64,000 bases of DNA. Origin: an uncultured Verrucomicrobiae bacterium. Lineage in GTDB: Bacteria; Verrucomicrobiota; Verrucomicrobiia; Opitutales; JABDGR01. A program made the translations under genes and the position numbers. The stretch spans positions 1 through 64,000 of the forward strand of contig CAVXVB010000002.1 of assembly GCA_963765205.1 (NCBI GenBank), read 5' to 3'. Each line of letters begins with the position of its first letter. Position 1 is the first letter of the stretch. A model generated the notes under the pieces. It was not told the DNA's origin. It did no database searches and was given only the letters and a program-made list of their open reading frames with translations. This document shows, piece after piece, positions 53,556-62,739 of this stretch.

Positions 53556-54473
53556 CTATTTTTTCCTGAGAGCATAAATTGTAGCGATCACAAAAAGGAT
53601 TGCCATAAGGCCAATCCAGGGGGTAAGCTGCGAAATTGGTGTTGGCTCTGATATGAAGTTTGGCCCGGCTTTCGAGGAGACAGAAGTTGGAGGCGTGCTT
53701 GCATCAGTCGTCACTTGATTTGAGGAAACCATAGGTGTTGGCTGGGTATTACTGCTGTCTCTGGTGACGTTCAGTTCTTTCATCGCCGCCTCCGACCGTG
53801 CTAGTGCAACCGGATTAACAGGAGGATTTTGGCTTGGTTCATCCGAAGGCGGATCCATCGAGAAATTTTCGTAACCGGGCGGGGGCTTGATCGGTTCAGT
53901 CAAGAATTCCATTTTACCATCGGCAACCGGCCATGTTAATTCAACTGTCACACGCGTAGGTGCATCTTTGACCGGTAAGGAAAAATCACCAAAAATTGAT
54001 ACGTTTATTCCTCCCTTTTTAGCATCCAAATTAAATGCTGGCTTAACGTAAACACTGCTATCGAGCTTTGAAATGAAATCGTCGAATTCTGCTACGGGGA
54101 TGTCCACTGACTGGCAAATATTGTGAACTTGCTGATCACTGTGAACTACAGAAGGAAAATCTTAAAGTTGTATTGCCAGGGGATACTATTTTTACAATGC
54201 ATATTGAAAGTGCTGATATAGAAGTATTGGCTCAAAATCGGCTTTACCGGATCGATTTTATCAGTCCGATCATGACTCAAGATGCCGCAGCCCAGCAAGT
54301 CCCAAATAACGCCTTGGTCTCAAACCCGCGTCAAAAATTGCCTTGAGGTTGTCACTATTGCTGAAATCAACGGTGTATTGCGTGGGTGCATTTTCGCCCT
54401 CCACGACTGAACGCATAAGTGTTGCAGCTACGATGGCCGCAAATTTTAGCAGAGAATGTTTTGCCACATGCAT
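53556..54473 (-). pseudogene. Exported C-terminally anchored protein (305 aa) interrupted by an internal inversion
   Basis: ORFs 54270-54473 and 53556-54107 fuse into one stop-free frame when 54135-54292 is reverse-complemented. Confidence 0.85.
54127..54300. other. Inverted segment bounded by ACTTGCTG/CAGCAAGT inverted repeats
   Basis: IRs at 54127-54134 and 54293-54300. The inner 158 bp encodes the missing protein segment on the opposite strand. Confidence 0.85.
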
Positions 54474-54596
54474 ATTATTCGATTCAAATTAAATCTTTGT
54501 TTGCTCATAGGCAATAGCGACTAAACGGAAGAGGAATGGCTTTTTTAGGTTGCCGGGGGATGTGGGGAAGGGCTTACATCGAAAAGAATCTTGCCC

Positions 54597-55535
54597 GTGA
54601 AAACCACCGCCCGCCACGCTTCGCTTGGGATTTGCCGGCGCATCGGCGTGGCGCTGGTGGGCGTGCTCTTTCTCGCAGCCGGTTCGGGATGCGAGGTCGC
54701 CGAGCCTGCGGGCGCTTCTGGCTCCGCTCCGGCCTTTGTTCCGCCGCCGCCACCGCCGCCGGTGGCCGCATTGGCGGTTGCCCGCATCCCGTCGGTGCCG
54801 GCGGAATTGGGCGGGTTGCTTGCGCATCTGGCAGCCGATCCCGGCATCAAGCTCGTTCCGATTCCCGCCGGGACTTTTCTGATGGGCAGCGCTCCCGACG
54901 AGCCGGATCGTGGCGACGACGAGGGGCCGCAGACGCAGGTGACTTTGACCAAGGATTTCTTCCTCGGCGCGACCGATGTGACGCAGGGTCAGTATGCGGC
55001 GTTGATGGGCGTGAATCCGAGCGATTTCAAGGACGTAGGCCTGAACGCGCCGGTCGAGAGCGTTTCGTGGGGCGACGCGATGGCGTTCTGCCAAAAGCTG
55101 ACCGAGTGGGAGCGCGCGGCGGGGCGTTTGCCGGCGGGCTACGTTTTTACACTGCCGACGGAGGCGCAGTGGGAGTATGCGTGCCGCGCGGGGACGACGG
55201 GGGAATATGTGGGCGACCCGGCTGAGATGTCGTGGTATGGCGACAACAGCGGCGGCAAGACGCATCCGGTGGGCATGAAGCAGCCGAATGCCTGGGGCCT
55301 CTACGACATGAGCGGCAACGTCTATCAGTGGTGCCTCGACTGGTATGGGAAATATCCCGGCGGCGACGTGACGGATTGGGCCGGCCCGCCCACGGGCAAG
55401 TGGCGCGTTCTGCGCGGCGGCAGTTGGTATTACACGGTGTTGTATTGCCGCTCCGCCTACCGCGATTTCGATCCCGGGTTTGTCGGCAACTATTTTGGTT
55501 TCCGTGTGGCGTTGGTGGCGGTGCCGAGGAAGTGA
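54597..55535 (+). CDS. Formylglycine-generating enzyme (SUMF1) domain protein, probably exported
   Basis: IPAGTFLMGS, LPTEAQWEYACRAG, PNAWGLYDMSGNV, RGGSW, GFRV. Confidence 0.88.
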   Translation: MKTTARHASLGICRRIGVALVGVLFLAAGSGCEVAEPAGASGSAPAFVPPPPPPPVAALAVARIPSVPAELGGLLAHLAADPGIKLVPIPAGTFLMGSAPDEPDRGDDEGPQTQVTLTKDFFLGATDVTQGQYAALMGVNPSDFKDVGLNAPVESVSWGDAMAFCQKLTEWERAAGRLPAGYVFTLPTEAQWEYACRAGTTGEYVGDPAEMSWYGDNSGGKTHPVGMKQPNAWGLYDMSGNVYQWCLDWYGKYPGGDVTDWAGPPTGKWRVLRGGSWYYTVLYCRSAYRDFDPGFVGNYFGFRVALVAVPRK

Positions 55536-55554
55536 GCTCGCGGTTGTTTGGCGG

Positions 55555-56316
55555 TTACGGCCGCATGAGCACGGCGCCGTTCATGTCTATGACGCAGCCG
55601 GTCAGGGTGGCCGGGGCGTCGAGCGCGAGCCAGGTCGCGGTGGTGGCCACTTCCTCCGCGGTGTTGACGCGGCCGAGGGGGATTTTTTCGCAGACCTCTT
55701 CGTGGCGCGGGCCGTGGATATGTGGCGCGGCCATGTCGGTGTCCACCCAACTGGGCGCAATGGTAAAGACAAGCACCTGGGCGCGGCCATAGGCCGCCGC
55801 GAAGGAATGGCCCAGCGAGTTGAGCGCGGCCTTGGACGCGCTGTAGGCGGGCGTCGTCACCTGGCCGCCGAACGCGCCGCGCGAGGAAATGTTGATGATG
55901 CGCCCGCCGCCGCGTTCGCGCAAATGCCGGCCGACGAGAAACGACAGATGCGCGGGCGCGACCAGATTCAGCGCGAGCGTGCGCTTCCACATGTCCTGCC
56001 AGGCGGCGAAATCCACCTCGCCAATCGGGTGTAGCTCGAAGATGCCGGCGTTGTTCACCAGCACGTCAATCTGGCCGAACGCGGCGAGCACGGCTTCGTA
56101 TAACTGCGCCGAAGCATCGGCCAAGCCAAGGTCGGCTGCGAACAAGGTGTGCCCTTCGCCAGCCAGCGAGCGCAAAGTTTCCTCCGCCGCCGCGCGATTG
56201 CTATGGTAATGGATGGCGATGCGCAGTCCGCGCGCGGCGAGTTGTTGGGCGATGGCCCGCCCGATGCCGCGCGACGCGCCGGTGACTAGGGCAACCGAAG
56301 TGGAGGAGGGGGGCAC
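55555..56316 (-). CDS. SDR family oxidoreductase (start uncertain)
   Basis: VTGASRGIG, NNAG, YSASK. Confidence 0.9.
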   Translation of the reverse strand: MPPSSTSVALVTGASRGIGRAIAQQLAARGLRIAIHYHSNRAAAEETLRSLAGEGHTLFAADLGLADASAQLYEAVLAAFGQIDVLVNNAGIFELHPIGEVDFAAWQDMWKRTLALNLVAPAHLSFLVGRHLRERGGGRIINISSRGAFGGQVTTPAYSASKAALNSLGHSFAAAYGRAQVLVFTIAPSWVDTDMAAPHIHGPRHEEVCEKIPLGRVNTAEEVATTATWLALDAPATLTGCVIDMNGAVLMRP

Positions 56317-56400
56317 GGCGCAAACCGTTGCCGCCGGGGCGGGTGATGGCAAGTGGATTTTAGCCACTGGCCGGAGATCTAATCGGCTGAAAACGCCAAC

Positions 56401-57353
56401 CTAAAACATCACCCCGAGTTCCACGCCAAGGCCGAGCGCGGGCTTGACGTTGAAGCTGTTCGCAGAGTTGCCATTGACGTGGAATTGGTATTCGCGGTCG
56501 AAGATGCCAGAGACATAACCGCGGACGAAGCAGTAGGGGCACAAAGCCTGGCGCACGCCGAATTTAACGGTCACGTCGGTCTCGTCCACGGCTTGGGGCG
56601 CGGCGGTCGCGTTGTCGCGCAGGCGGAACCAACTGGAATCATATTCGACGGACGCGTCAAGCACGGTGGCGCGGTTGTTGAAAACGTCATAGGAAACGGT
56701 TACGCCGTTGGACACACCTAAGTAGGCGTGCAAGTCCCACTGGGGCAAAAATGCCCATTTGACATCAGCCATGGGTATGACGGTGTTGGCATCTTCCATG
56801 CGGGTGTAATACATCGGGCCGAGGGCGAGGCTGAGGTCTTTGTTCACCTGGTAGGTCGGCCCGAGGGCGACGGCAATCTGCCCGCCGCGCGTGAGGGTCA
56901 TCGCCGTGTCGGCGGAGAAGCCGGCACTGATATAGCCGAACGCGCCCCAGTCGGGGGAAAAATCATGCGCGAAATATCCGTTGAGGCCGAATTGCTGCAT
57001 ATTGCCAAACGGCGCGGTCGTCCCGCTAAAATCATTATTGGTGTAGATGTAAGCCCAACTGACGACCCGGTGGTTGTCACCCGAGTCATGCGTGTATTGG
57101 CCGCCGACGCCATAGATGTTTTCGTTGAGCTTGCCGCTGGCGCTGTCTTTGAGGTTGGCGGAAAAATCGTGCTCGAAGAACGCGACCATGACATCCGTTA
57201 GCGGGGTGGGCGTGGGAGCCGCGCTGGGGGGGGGGCGCCGGGGGCCGGCGTGGTTTGCGCGCCCAAGGGCGCGGTAGCCAGGGCCAAGACGGCGAGCGGC
57301 AGTGCGCGCCGGAGGGTGGAAGATAGATTCAGGAGGGAGGCGAGATTGGACAT
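56401..57353 (-). CDS. Probable outer-membrane beta-barrel protein, out of frame at a G10 tract (57226-57235)
   Basis: Alternating aromatic/hydrophobic strands and C-terminal LGVELGVMF. The signal peptide from ATG 57353 is in frame only with G11 or G8. Confidence 0.7.
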
Positions 57354-57443
57354 GAGGGTGGTGTTAACGGCTCAAGCAGCAAATAGCAAACCTTTGCCGG
57401 AACCTTCTGTGGGTGTCTTTTCACCACTCTGCGGCAATCAGTG

Positions 57444-58094
57444 TCACCGGTATTCCGGCACGCCGGTTTGCGCCTCCAGAATCTCGACATAGATGCCCAG
57501 GCGCGCGTCCGTCGCCGCCTTCTCGTCGAGGGTGATTTGCAGCAATTCGGCGACCGGGCCGAGGCCGAGCAACTGCGCGAAGTCGCGCGCGCTGCCATAA
57601 CCGGCGATCTCGAATTGTTTGACTTTGCGGACCGCCGCCACCAGCGCCCAATCGCGCGCGGGGCCGTCGGGGTTTTCGGTGATGGTTTCCTCGACGCCCT
57701 GCAGGAGGCTCTCCATTTGCGCGCAGACGCGGCCATCGAATTGCCGGCCGAGCATTTCCTGCACGCGTTCGAGGCGTTGCCGATGCCCGGCGGAATGCGC
57801 AAACTCCGCCTGGCAAATTGCCCACATAACCGGGTCGGCGGCCGCCCGCCCAATGCGGGGCCACATGGCGGCCGCTTGTTGTTCCGCGCTAAAGAGTTCC
57901 TGGATTTCCTCGGTCAGCACATGGGCCAGCGTGTGCAGCCAATGCTTTTCAAGCTCACCCTCGGCGGCTGGCTCTGCGGCATCCGACACAAAGCACGACA
58001 GGGTGGTGATGGGCGCGCGCAAATCCACCGCGAACGGGCTGGCGGCGTCGTCACCAAAAAAGTCTTGTGAGGGGTTGGGATGAAAGTTGGGCAT
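57444..58094 (-). CDS. DUF892/YciF ferritin-like protein
   Basis: EIQELFSAEQQ, HRQRLERV, RKVKQFEIAGYGS, TLDEKAATD. Confidence 0.78.
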   Translation of the reverse strand: MPNFHPNPSQDFFGDDAASPFAVDLRAPITTLSCFVSDAAEPAAEGELEKHWLHTLAHVLTEEIQELFSAEQQAAAMWPRIGRAAADPVMWAICQAEFAHSAGHRQRLERVQEMLGRQFDGRVCAQMESLLQGVEETITENPDGPARDWALVAAVRKVKQFEIAGYGSARDFAQLLGLGPVAELLQITLDEKAATDARLGIYVEILEAQTGVPEYR

Positions 58095-58128
58095 GGACAA
58101 GAGCGGGTTGTGGCCGCGAGGGGCGGCC

Positions 58129-58425
58129 TCAAGAGAAGTGACCGCTTTGGGTAAGGATAAGTTCCTCGAACTCTTGGCGGGGCCGGCAGGTTCGCCGTTC
58201 CAAGTGTTCGAGTAATTCGTCCTCCCGGCCTTCGCAATAAGCCAAGTCATCGTCAGTGAGGACGAGGTAGCGCTCCTTCAACTCGGTTTTGAGAAACGGC
58301 CAATGTTGCTGGAGGACCGCAACCAACATTTGGCGGTCTTGGGTCGACGCATCCGGCTCTGATACGAAGACCGGTGATGAGGAATGACGGATGGGTGGGG
58401 TTGGCAGGGGCAGTTCTGTTTTCAT
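58129..58425 (-). CDS. CsbD/YjbJ-like stress protein
   Basis: W..LK..LKERY..LTDDDL...EG.EDELL..L. Confidence 0.7.
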   Translation of the reverse strand: MKTELPLPTPPIRHSSSPVFVSEPDASTQDRQMLVAVLQQHWPFLKTELKERYLVLTDDDLAYCEGREDELLEHLERRTCRPRQEFEELILTQSGHFS

Positions 58426-58716
58426 AATAGACCGGTGTGGAAACCTGGTCGGCGGCGGCCTCCATATGCGCCGCAAAACGGTCAAGTCCCCACGATCCGC
58501 TCCGTGAGGGGGGTGAAACTTAGTTTTCTAACGTTATTATACACCCATCTTCGCGGAAAATAAAGGCCTGAGCGCGTGTTTAGCACGCGGCTTATGAAAC
58601 TCATTCCCTTTTTACATCATCTGGTCGGAACACCCTAACGGGAATAGGGTCTTGGCTTAGCGCGATGCGCCCAATTTCACCCGGAATCCGTCACCGACCC
58701 TTGATGGAGGTGCACG

Positions 58717-59202
58717 TTATTGCCCGCTGCGAAGATATTCTGGCAGGACTTTGGCGGGATCCCCATCACAATCAATGGACGTAACCAGCCATTTCTCCTG
58801 AGACTTGTAACAAGCAAAGCACATATACAAGCCGCCTCGTTGATACTTTCCGAAAATATAAACGAGCATGGAGGACGGCGACAAGTTCACGGTCTTGATG
58901 ATTTCCGGGGCGATAAAAGTACCGGCGACGCTTTCCTCGGCGGAAAGGCTTTTGGTGACGGCCAGTTGGGCGTTGGCGTCAATTTCCAGGCTGGAGCCAC
59001 GCGACCAGGCCTCCACAGCTGTGGCATAGCCAGACTTCATGTAAATCAGAAAGCCGTTGGCGAGCGTGTCCGGCACGCCGGATATGGTGGTTGGAGTCGA
59101 GGTGGCCGCAGGCCCCGCGGGAACCGGAGTCGGGGCTTGGGCGCCGAAGGTCCAAGTGGCACCCGTCATTGCCAGGGCGAGAAGGAGGAACAGTTTTGTC
59201 AT
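58717..59202 (-). CDS. Hypothetical exported protein
   Basis: Signal peptide MTKLFLLLALAMTGATWTFGA and compact globular domain. Confidence 0.6.
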   Translation of the reverse strand: MTKLFLLLALAMTGATWTFGAQAPTPVPAGPAATSTPTTISGVPDTLANGFLIYMKSGYATAVEAWSRGSSLEIDANAQLAVTKSLSAEESVAGTFIAPEIIKTVNLSPSSMLVYIFGKYQRGGLYMCFACYKSQEKWLVTSIDCDGDPAKVLPEYLRSGQ

Positions 59203-59399
59203 GGGGGTTGCGTGTTGCATAAGTTAGCCAGCATATTGAGAAACAGAAATTTGTAAATTGGAGAATCGGCGGCAATTCGTTAGGGAAAATCCTTAGGATT
59301 CCCGCGTGGCCCGCTTGGGGGGACTTGCGGCCGGGCAAGTTCGAGGTTTGGCTTCCTCCTTGACTCGCCGGCGAAGGAGTGACGAAATAAAAGACCCCT

Positions 59400-60032
59400 A
59401 TGAATAAATTCCGATGCTTACTGCTGTTCTTTTCAGCGTCTGTGGCCGGCGCGTTGCCTTTGACGGCCCAAACTGCTCCGGCGGCTGCGCCGGCCGACAC
59501 CGTGGCGGTTCCGCCGCCACCCCCTGCCCGGACCAGCCCGCATGAGACGATTAGTTTGCACATCGGCAGTGGTGGCAATGCTGCGCCGCTGGTGACCATC
59601 ACTTACGGGCGCCCTTATTCCAAAGACCCCAAGGCCCCCACCACGATTCGCAAAATTTGGGGCACGCTGGTGCCGTGGGACAAGGTTTGGCGCATGGGTT
59701 CCGACGAGGCCACGACCTTGGTCACCCAGCAGCCGCTGGACATTGGCGGCACGACGGTGCCCGCCGGCGCGTATACCCTTTGCATGTTTCCCACCGAGCA
59801 AGGCCCGACCAAGCTGATCGTCAACAAGCAAATCGGGCAATGGGGCATTCCCTACACGGCCGCCATCCAGGCCAACGAACTGGCGCGCATTGACATGAAG
59901 AAGGCCACCCTGGACAAACAAGTGGACGAGTTCACCATTGCGCTGGTGGCGGATCCGGCAACCGGCGGCGGCATTCTCAAGGCCTTTTGGGAAACCACGC
60001 AGTATTCGGTGCCGTTCAAGTTGATCAAGTAA
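59400..60032 (+). CDS. DUF2911 domain protein
   Basis: SPH, YGRPY, LVPWDKVWRMGSDEAT, PAGAYTL, GQWG. Confidence 0.85.
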   Translation: MNKFRCLLLFFSASVAGALPLTAQTAPAAAPADTVAVPPPPPARTSPHETISLHIGSGGNAAPLVTITYGRPYSKDPKAPTTIRKIWGTLVPWDKVWRMGSDEATTLVTQQPLDIGGTTVPAGAYTLCMFPTEQGPTKLIVNKQIGQWGIPYTAAIQANELARIDMKKATLDKQVDEFTIALVADPATGGGILKAFWETTQYSVPFKLIK

Positions 60033-60055
60033 GACGCCCCCCCGCCATCATCGCC

Positions 60056-62572
60056 ATGCGACGAGGCCCCGCCATTGTCCGCTTTGCCGCCTTGGGCTTT
60101 GCCGTGCTGGCGGCGCTGATGTCCGGTGTTCGCGCCCAGGCGACCGCGGCCGGCGCGCCCCCGCCCGCGGGGATGGCGTTGTTGCAGGACTTGCGCAGTT
60201 TTGACGAGCTGGGCAGTGTGCTCTACATCGCCGCGCATCCCGACGATGAGAACAACCAGTTGCTGGCGTATCTCGCGCGCGGGCGCTATTACCGCACGGC
60301 CTACCTGTCGCTCAACCGCGGCGAAGGCGGGCAAAATGAACTCGGCCCCGAATTGGGCGCGGAACTCGGCGTGATCCGCACGCAGGAATTGCTCGCGGCC
60401 CGACAGGTGGACGGCGCGCGGCAGTTTTTTTCCCGCGCGTTTGATTTTGGCTACTCCAAAAGTCCCGAGGAGACCTTGCGCATCTGGGACCACCAGGCGG
60501 TTTTGTCCGACATGGTGCGCATCATCCGCGAGTTCCGGCCCGACGTGCTGATCACGCGCTTTTCGCCGCCGCCCAGCAACACGCACGGGCATCACACCGC
60601 CTCGACGATCATCGCGCAGGAGGCCTTCAAAATCGCGGGCGATCCCAAGGCGTTCCCCGAGCAACTAGCGGAGGGGCTGACGCCGTGGCAACCCAAACGC
60701 ATTCTCTATAATGGTGTCATCGCTGGCAGCAATGCCGGTGTCGTGCGCCTCAGCACTGCGGGCAACGACCCGGTGAATGGCGAGTCCTTCGCTTCGATTG
60801 CGGCGCGCGCCCGCTCGATGCACAAAACCCAGGGCTTTGGCGATACCGTGGCTGGCGGCGGCCCGGCGACTGAAGCATTCCAGCTTCTCGACGGCGAACC
60901 GGCGACGAACGACATTCTCGATGGCGTGGACCCCACCTGGGGTCGTTATCCAGGTGGCGCGGAAATCGGCCAGCTGACTGATGCCGCCATCGCCCAATTT
61001 AAACCAGACGATCTGGCGGCCAGCGTGCCCGCGTTGCTGGAGATTCGCGCGAAGCTGGCCACGCTGCCGAAGGACCCCGTGGTGGATGAAAAACGCGTGC
61101 AACTCGACCAAATCCTGCAAGGCTGCCTCGGCCTCACCGTCGAGACCACCATTCCCAACGCGGAAGTGGTGCCGGGCGAGGAATTGAAAATGCATTCAAC
61201 GGCGCTGGTGCGTTCCGCCATTCCCGTCCAATGGGTCGGCACGCGTTATACGGGCGTCAATGACCAAATCACTTCCGTGGGCGCGGTAAATTTGATCGCC
61301 GATCAGCCGGCCAGCCGGGACTCGACCCAAACTTTGTCGCCTACCACTCTCCTAACCACGCCCTATTGGCTGCGCGCACAAGGCACGGCAGGCATGCTTC
61401 GCGTGGACGATCCCGCGCTGATTGGGCGGCCGGATAACCCGCCGGTGTATCCCCTCGAGCAGGTCTTCGAAGTCGGCGGCCAAACTTTGGAAATTCCCGA
61501 TGAGCCGGTGCAGATCACGAACGACCCGGCAACCGGCGAGACGCATCGCCGGCTCGATGTGATTGCCCCGGTGGCGCTCAGTTTTGCGAACGAAGTGCAG
61601 CTTTTTGCGCCCGGCGCAACCAAGTCGGTCGAGGTTGAAATCACGGCATTTCGCGCGGTCAACCGCGGCACGGTGCAACTGGACGCGCCCGCCGGGTGGA
61701 AAGTCACTCCGGCGTTGCAGCCCTTCCAACTCGCCGCCGTGGGCGATAAAATGAAGTTCGCTTTCAACATCACGGCCCCGGCGCAACTGACTTCCGCCAA
61801 CATCTCGGCGCAGGTGGACATCAACGGCGCGCACTTTGCCAATGAACGCATTGTCCTCCACTACCCGCATATTCCTGTGCAGATGCTCCAGCCGCCCGCG
61901 CAATTCAAGGCGGTGGCGCTCGACCTCGCCATCCGGGGCCAGAAAGTCGGCTACCTGCCGGGCGCGGGCGACAGCGTGGCGGCGGCGCTCGAGGAAATGG
62001 GTTACGCGGTCACCGAACTCACCGGCGCGGATTTGACGCCGGAAAAATTGCGCGGGCTGGATGCCGTCGTGCTTGGCGTGCGCGCATTTAACGAGCGCAC
62101 GGATCTCGCTCCGAATCTGCCGGGCCTCTTTGCCTACGTCGAGCAGGGCGGCACCGTCATCGCGCAATACAACCGGCCGAGCGGATTGCAGACCACGACC
62201 CTCGGGCCGTATGCCCTTTCCATTGCGGGCCAGGCGCCGCCGTTGCGGGTGACCGATGCGAACTCGCCGGTGCAAATCCTCGTGCCCGACCATCCCGCCT
62301 TCACGACGCCGAACAAAATCACCGCGGCGGATTTCGACGGCTGGGTGCAGGAGCGCGGCGCGTATTTTCCGAGTTCGTGGGACAAGGCGCACTACGCGGC
62401 GTTGCTGGCCATGAGCGATCCCGGCGAGACGCAGCCCAGCAGCAGCCTGCTCGTAGCCAAATACGGCCGGGGATATTATGTTTACACCGCGCTCGGCTGG
62501 TTCCGGCAGCTCCCGGCGGGCGTCCCCGGCGCTTACCGGCTGTTTGCCAACCTCGTTTCGCTCGGCAAATGA
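60056..62572 (+). CDS. PIG-L/LmbE-family deacetylase with C-terminal extension
   Basis: AAHPDDEN, RGEGGQN, RTQELLAAR, DFGYSK, HGHH, FRQLPAGVPGAYRLFANL. Confidence 0.9.
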   Translation: MRRGPAIVRFAALGFAVLAALMSGVRAQATAAGAPPPAGMALLQDLRSFDELGSVLYIAAHPDDENNQLLAYLARGRYYRTAYLSLNRGEGGQNELGPELGAELGVIRTQELLAARQVDGARQFFSRAFDFGYSKSPEETLRIWDHQAVLSDMVRIIREFRPDVLITRFSPPPSNTHGHHTASTIIAQEAFKIAGDPKAFPEQLAEGLTPWQPKRILYNGVIAGSNAGVVRLSTAGNDPVNGESFASIAARARSMHKTQGFGDTVAGGGPATEAFQLLDGEPATNDILDGVDPTWGRYPGGAEIGQLTDAAIAQFKPDDLAASVPALLEIRAKLATLPKDPVVDEKRVQLDQILQGCLGLTVETTIPNAEVVPGEELKMHSTALVRSAIPVQWVGTRYTGVNDQITSVGAVNLIADQPASRDSTQTLSPTTLLTTPYWLRAQGTAGMLRVDDPALIGRPDNPPVYPLEQVFEVGGQTLEIPDEPVQITNDPATGETHRRLDVIAPVALSFANEVQLFAPGATKSVEVEITAFRAVNRGTVQLDAPAGWKVTPALQPFQLAAVGDKMKFAFNITAPAQLTSANISAQVDINGAHFANERIVLHYPHIPVQMLQPPAQFKAVALDLAIRGQKVGYLPGAGDSVAAALEEMGYAVTELTGADLTPEKLRGLDAVVLGVRAFNERTDLAPNLPGLFAYVEQGGTVIAQYNRPSGLQTTTLGPYALSIAGQAPPLRVTDANSPVQILVPDHPAFTTPNKITAADFDGWVQERGAYFPSSWDKAHYAALLAMSDPGETQPSSSLLVAKYGRGYYVYTALGWFRQLPAGVPGAYRLFANLVSLGK

Positions 62573-62739
62573 AGCCGCCCGCGCCCCAGCATGAAGCCGG
62601 TGTATCGCCGGGCACTTCGGAAAATGAAGCGACCGGCTTGCCGGGCTTCCGTACCTGGCGCGCGGTTTATTGGTTCGTGGCCGGCGTGTTTGCGGCGGTC
62701 GTCGGACTGCTCACCGTGCTTTCCCGGATGTTTTCGTGA
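62569..62739 (+). CDS. Small membrane protein coupled to the symporter
   Basis: LPGFRTWRAVYWFV plus TM. ATGA and GTGA overlaps with both neighbours. Confidence 0.7.
   Translation: MKPPAPQHEAGVSPGTSENEATGLPGFRTWRAVYWFVAGVFAAVVGLLTVLSRMFS

Noticed and set aside
49837..54500. tRNA-Val as an integration site for an island
   Set aside because: No integrase and no duplicated tRNA 3' end were seen, and housekeeping dapL follows directly.
2974..61851. Long antisense or alternate-frame ORFs (e.g. 2974-4383, 13566-14963, 17520-18944, 28025-29563, 34385-35746, 47673-49331)
   Set aside because: They are shadows of real genes caused by high-GC codon bias and carry no motifs.
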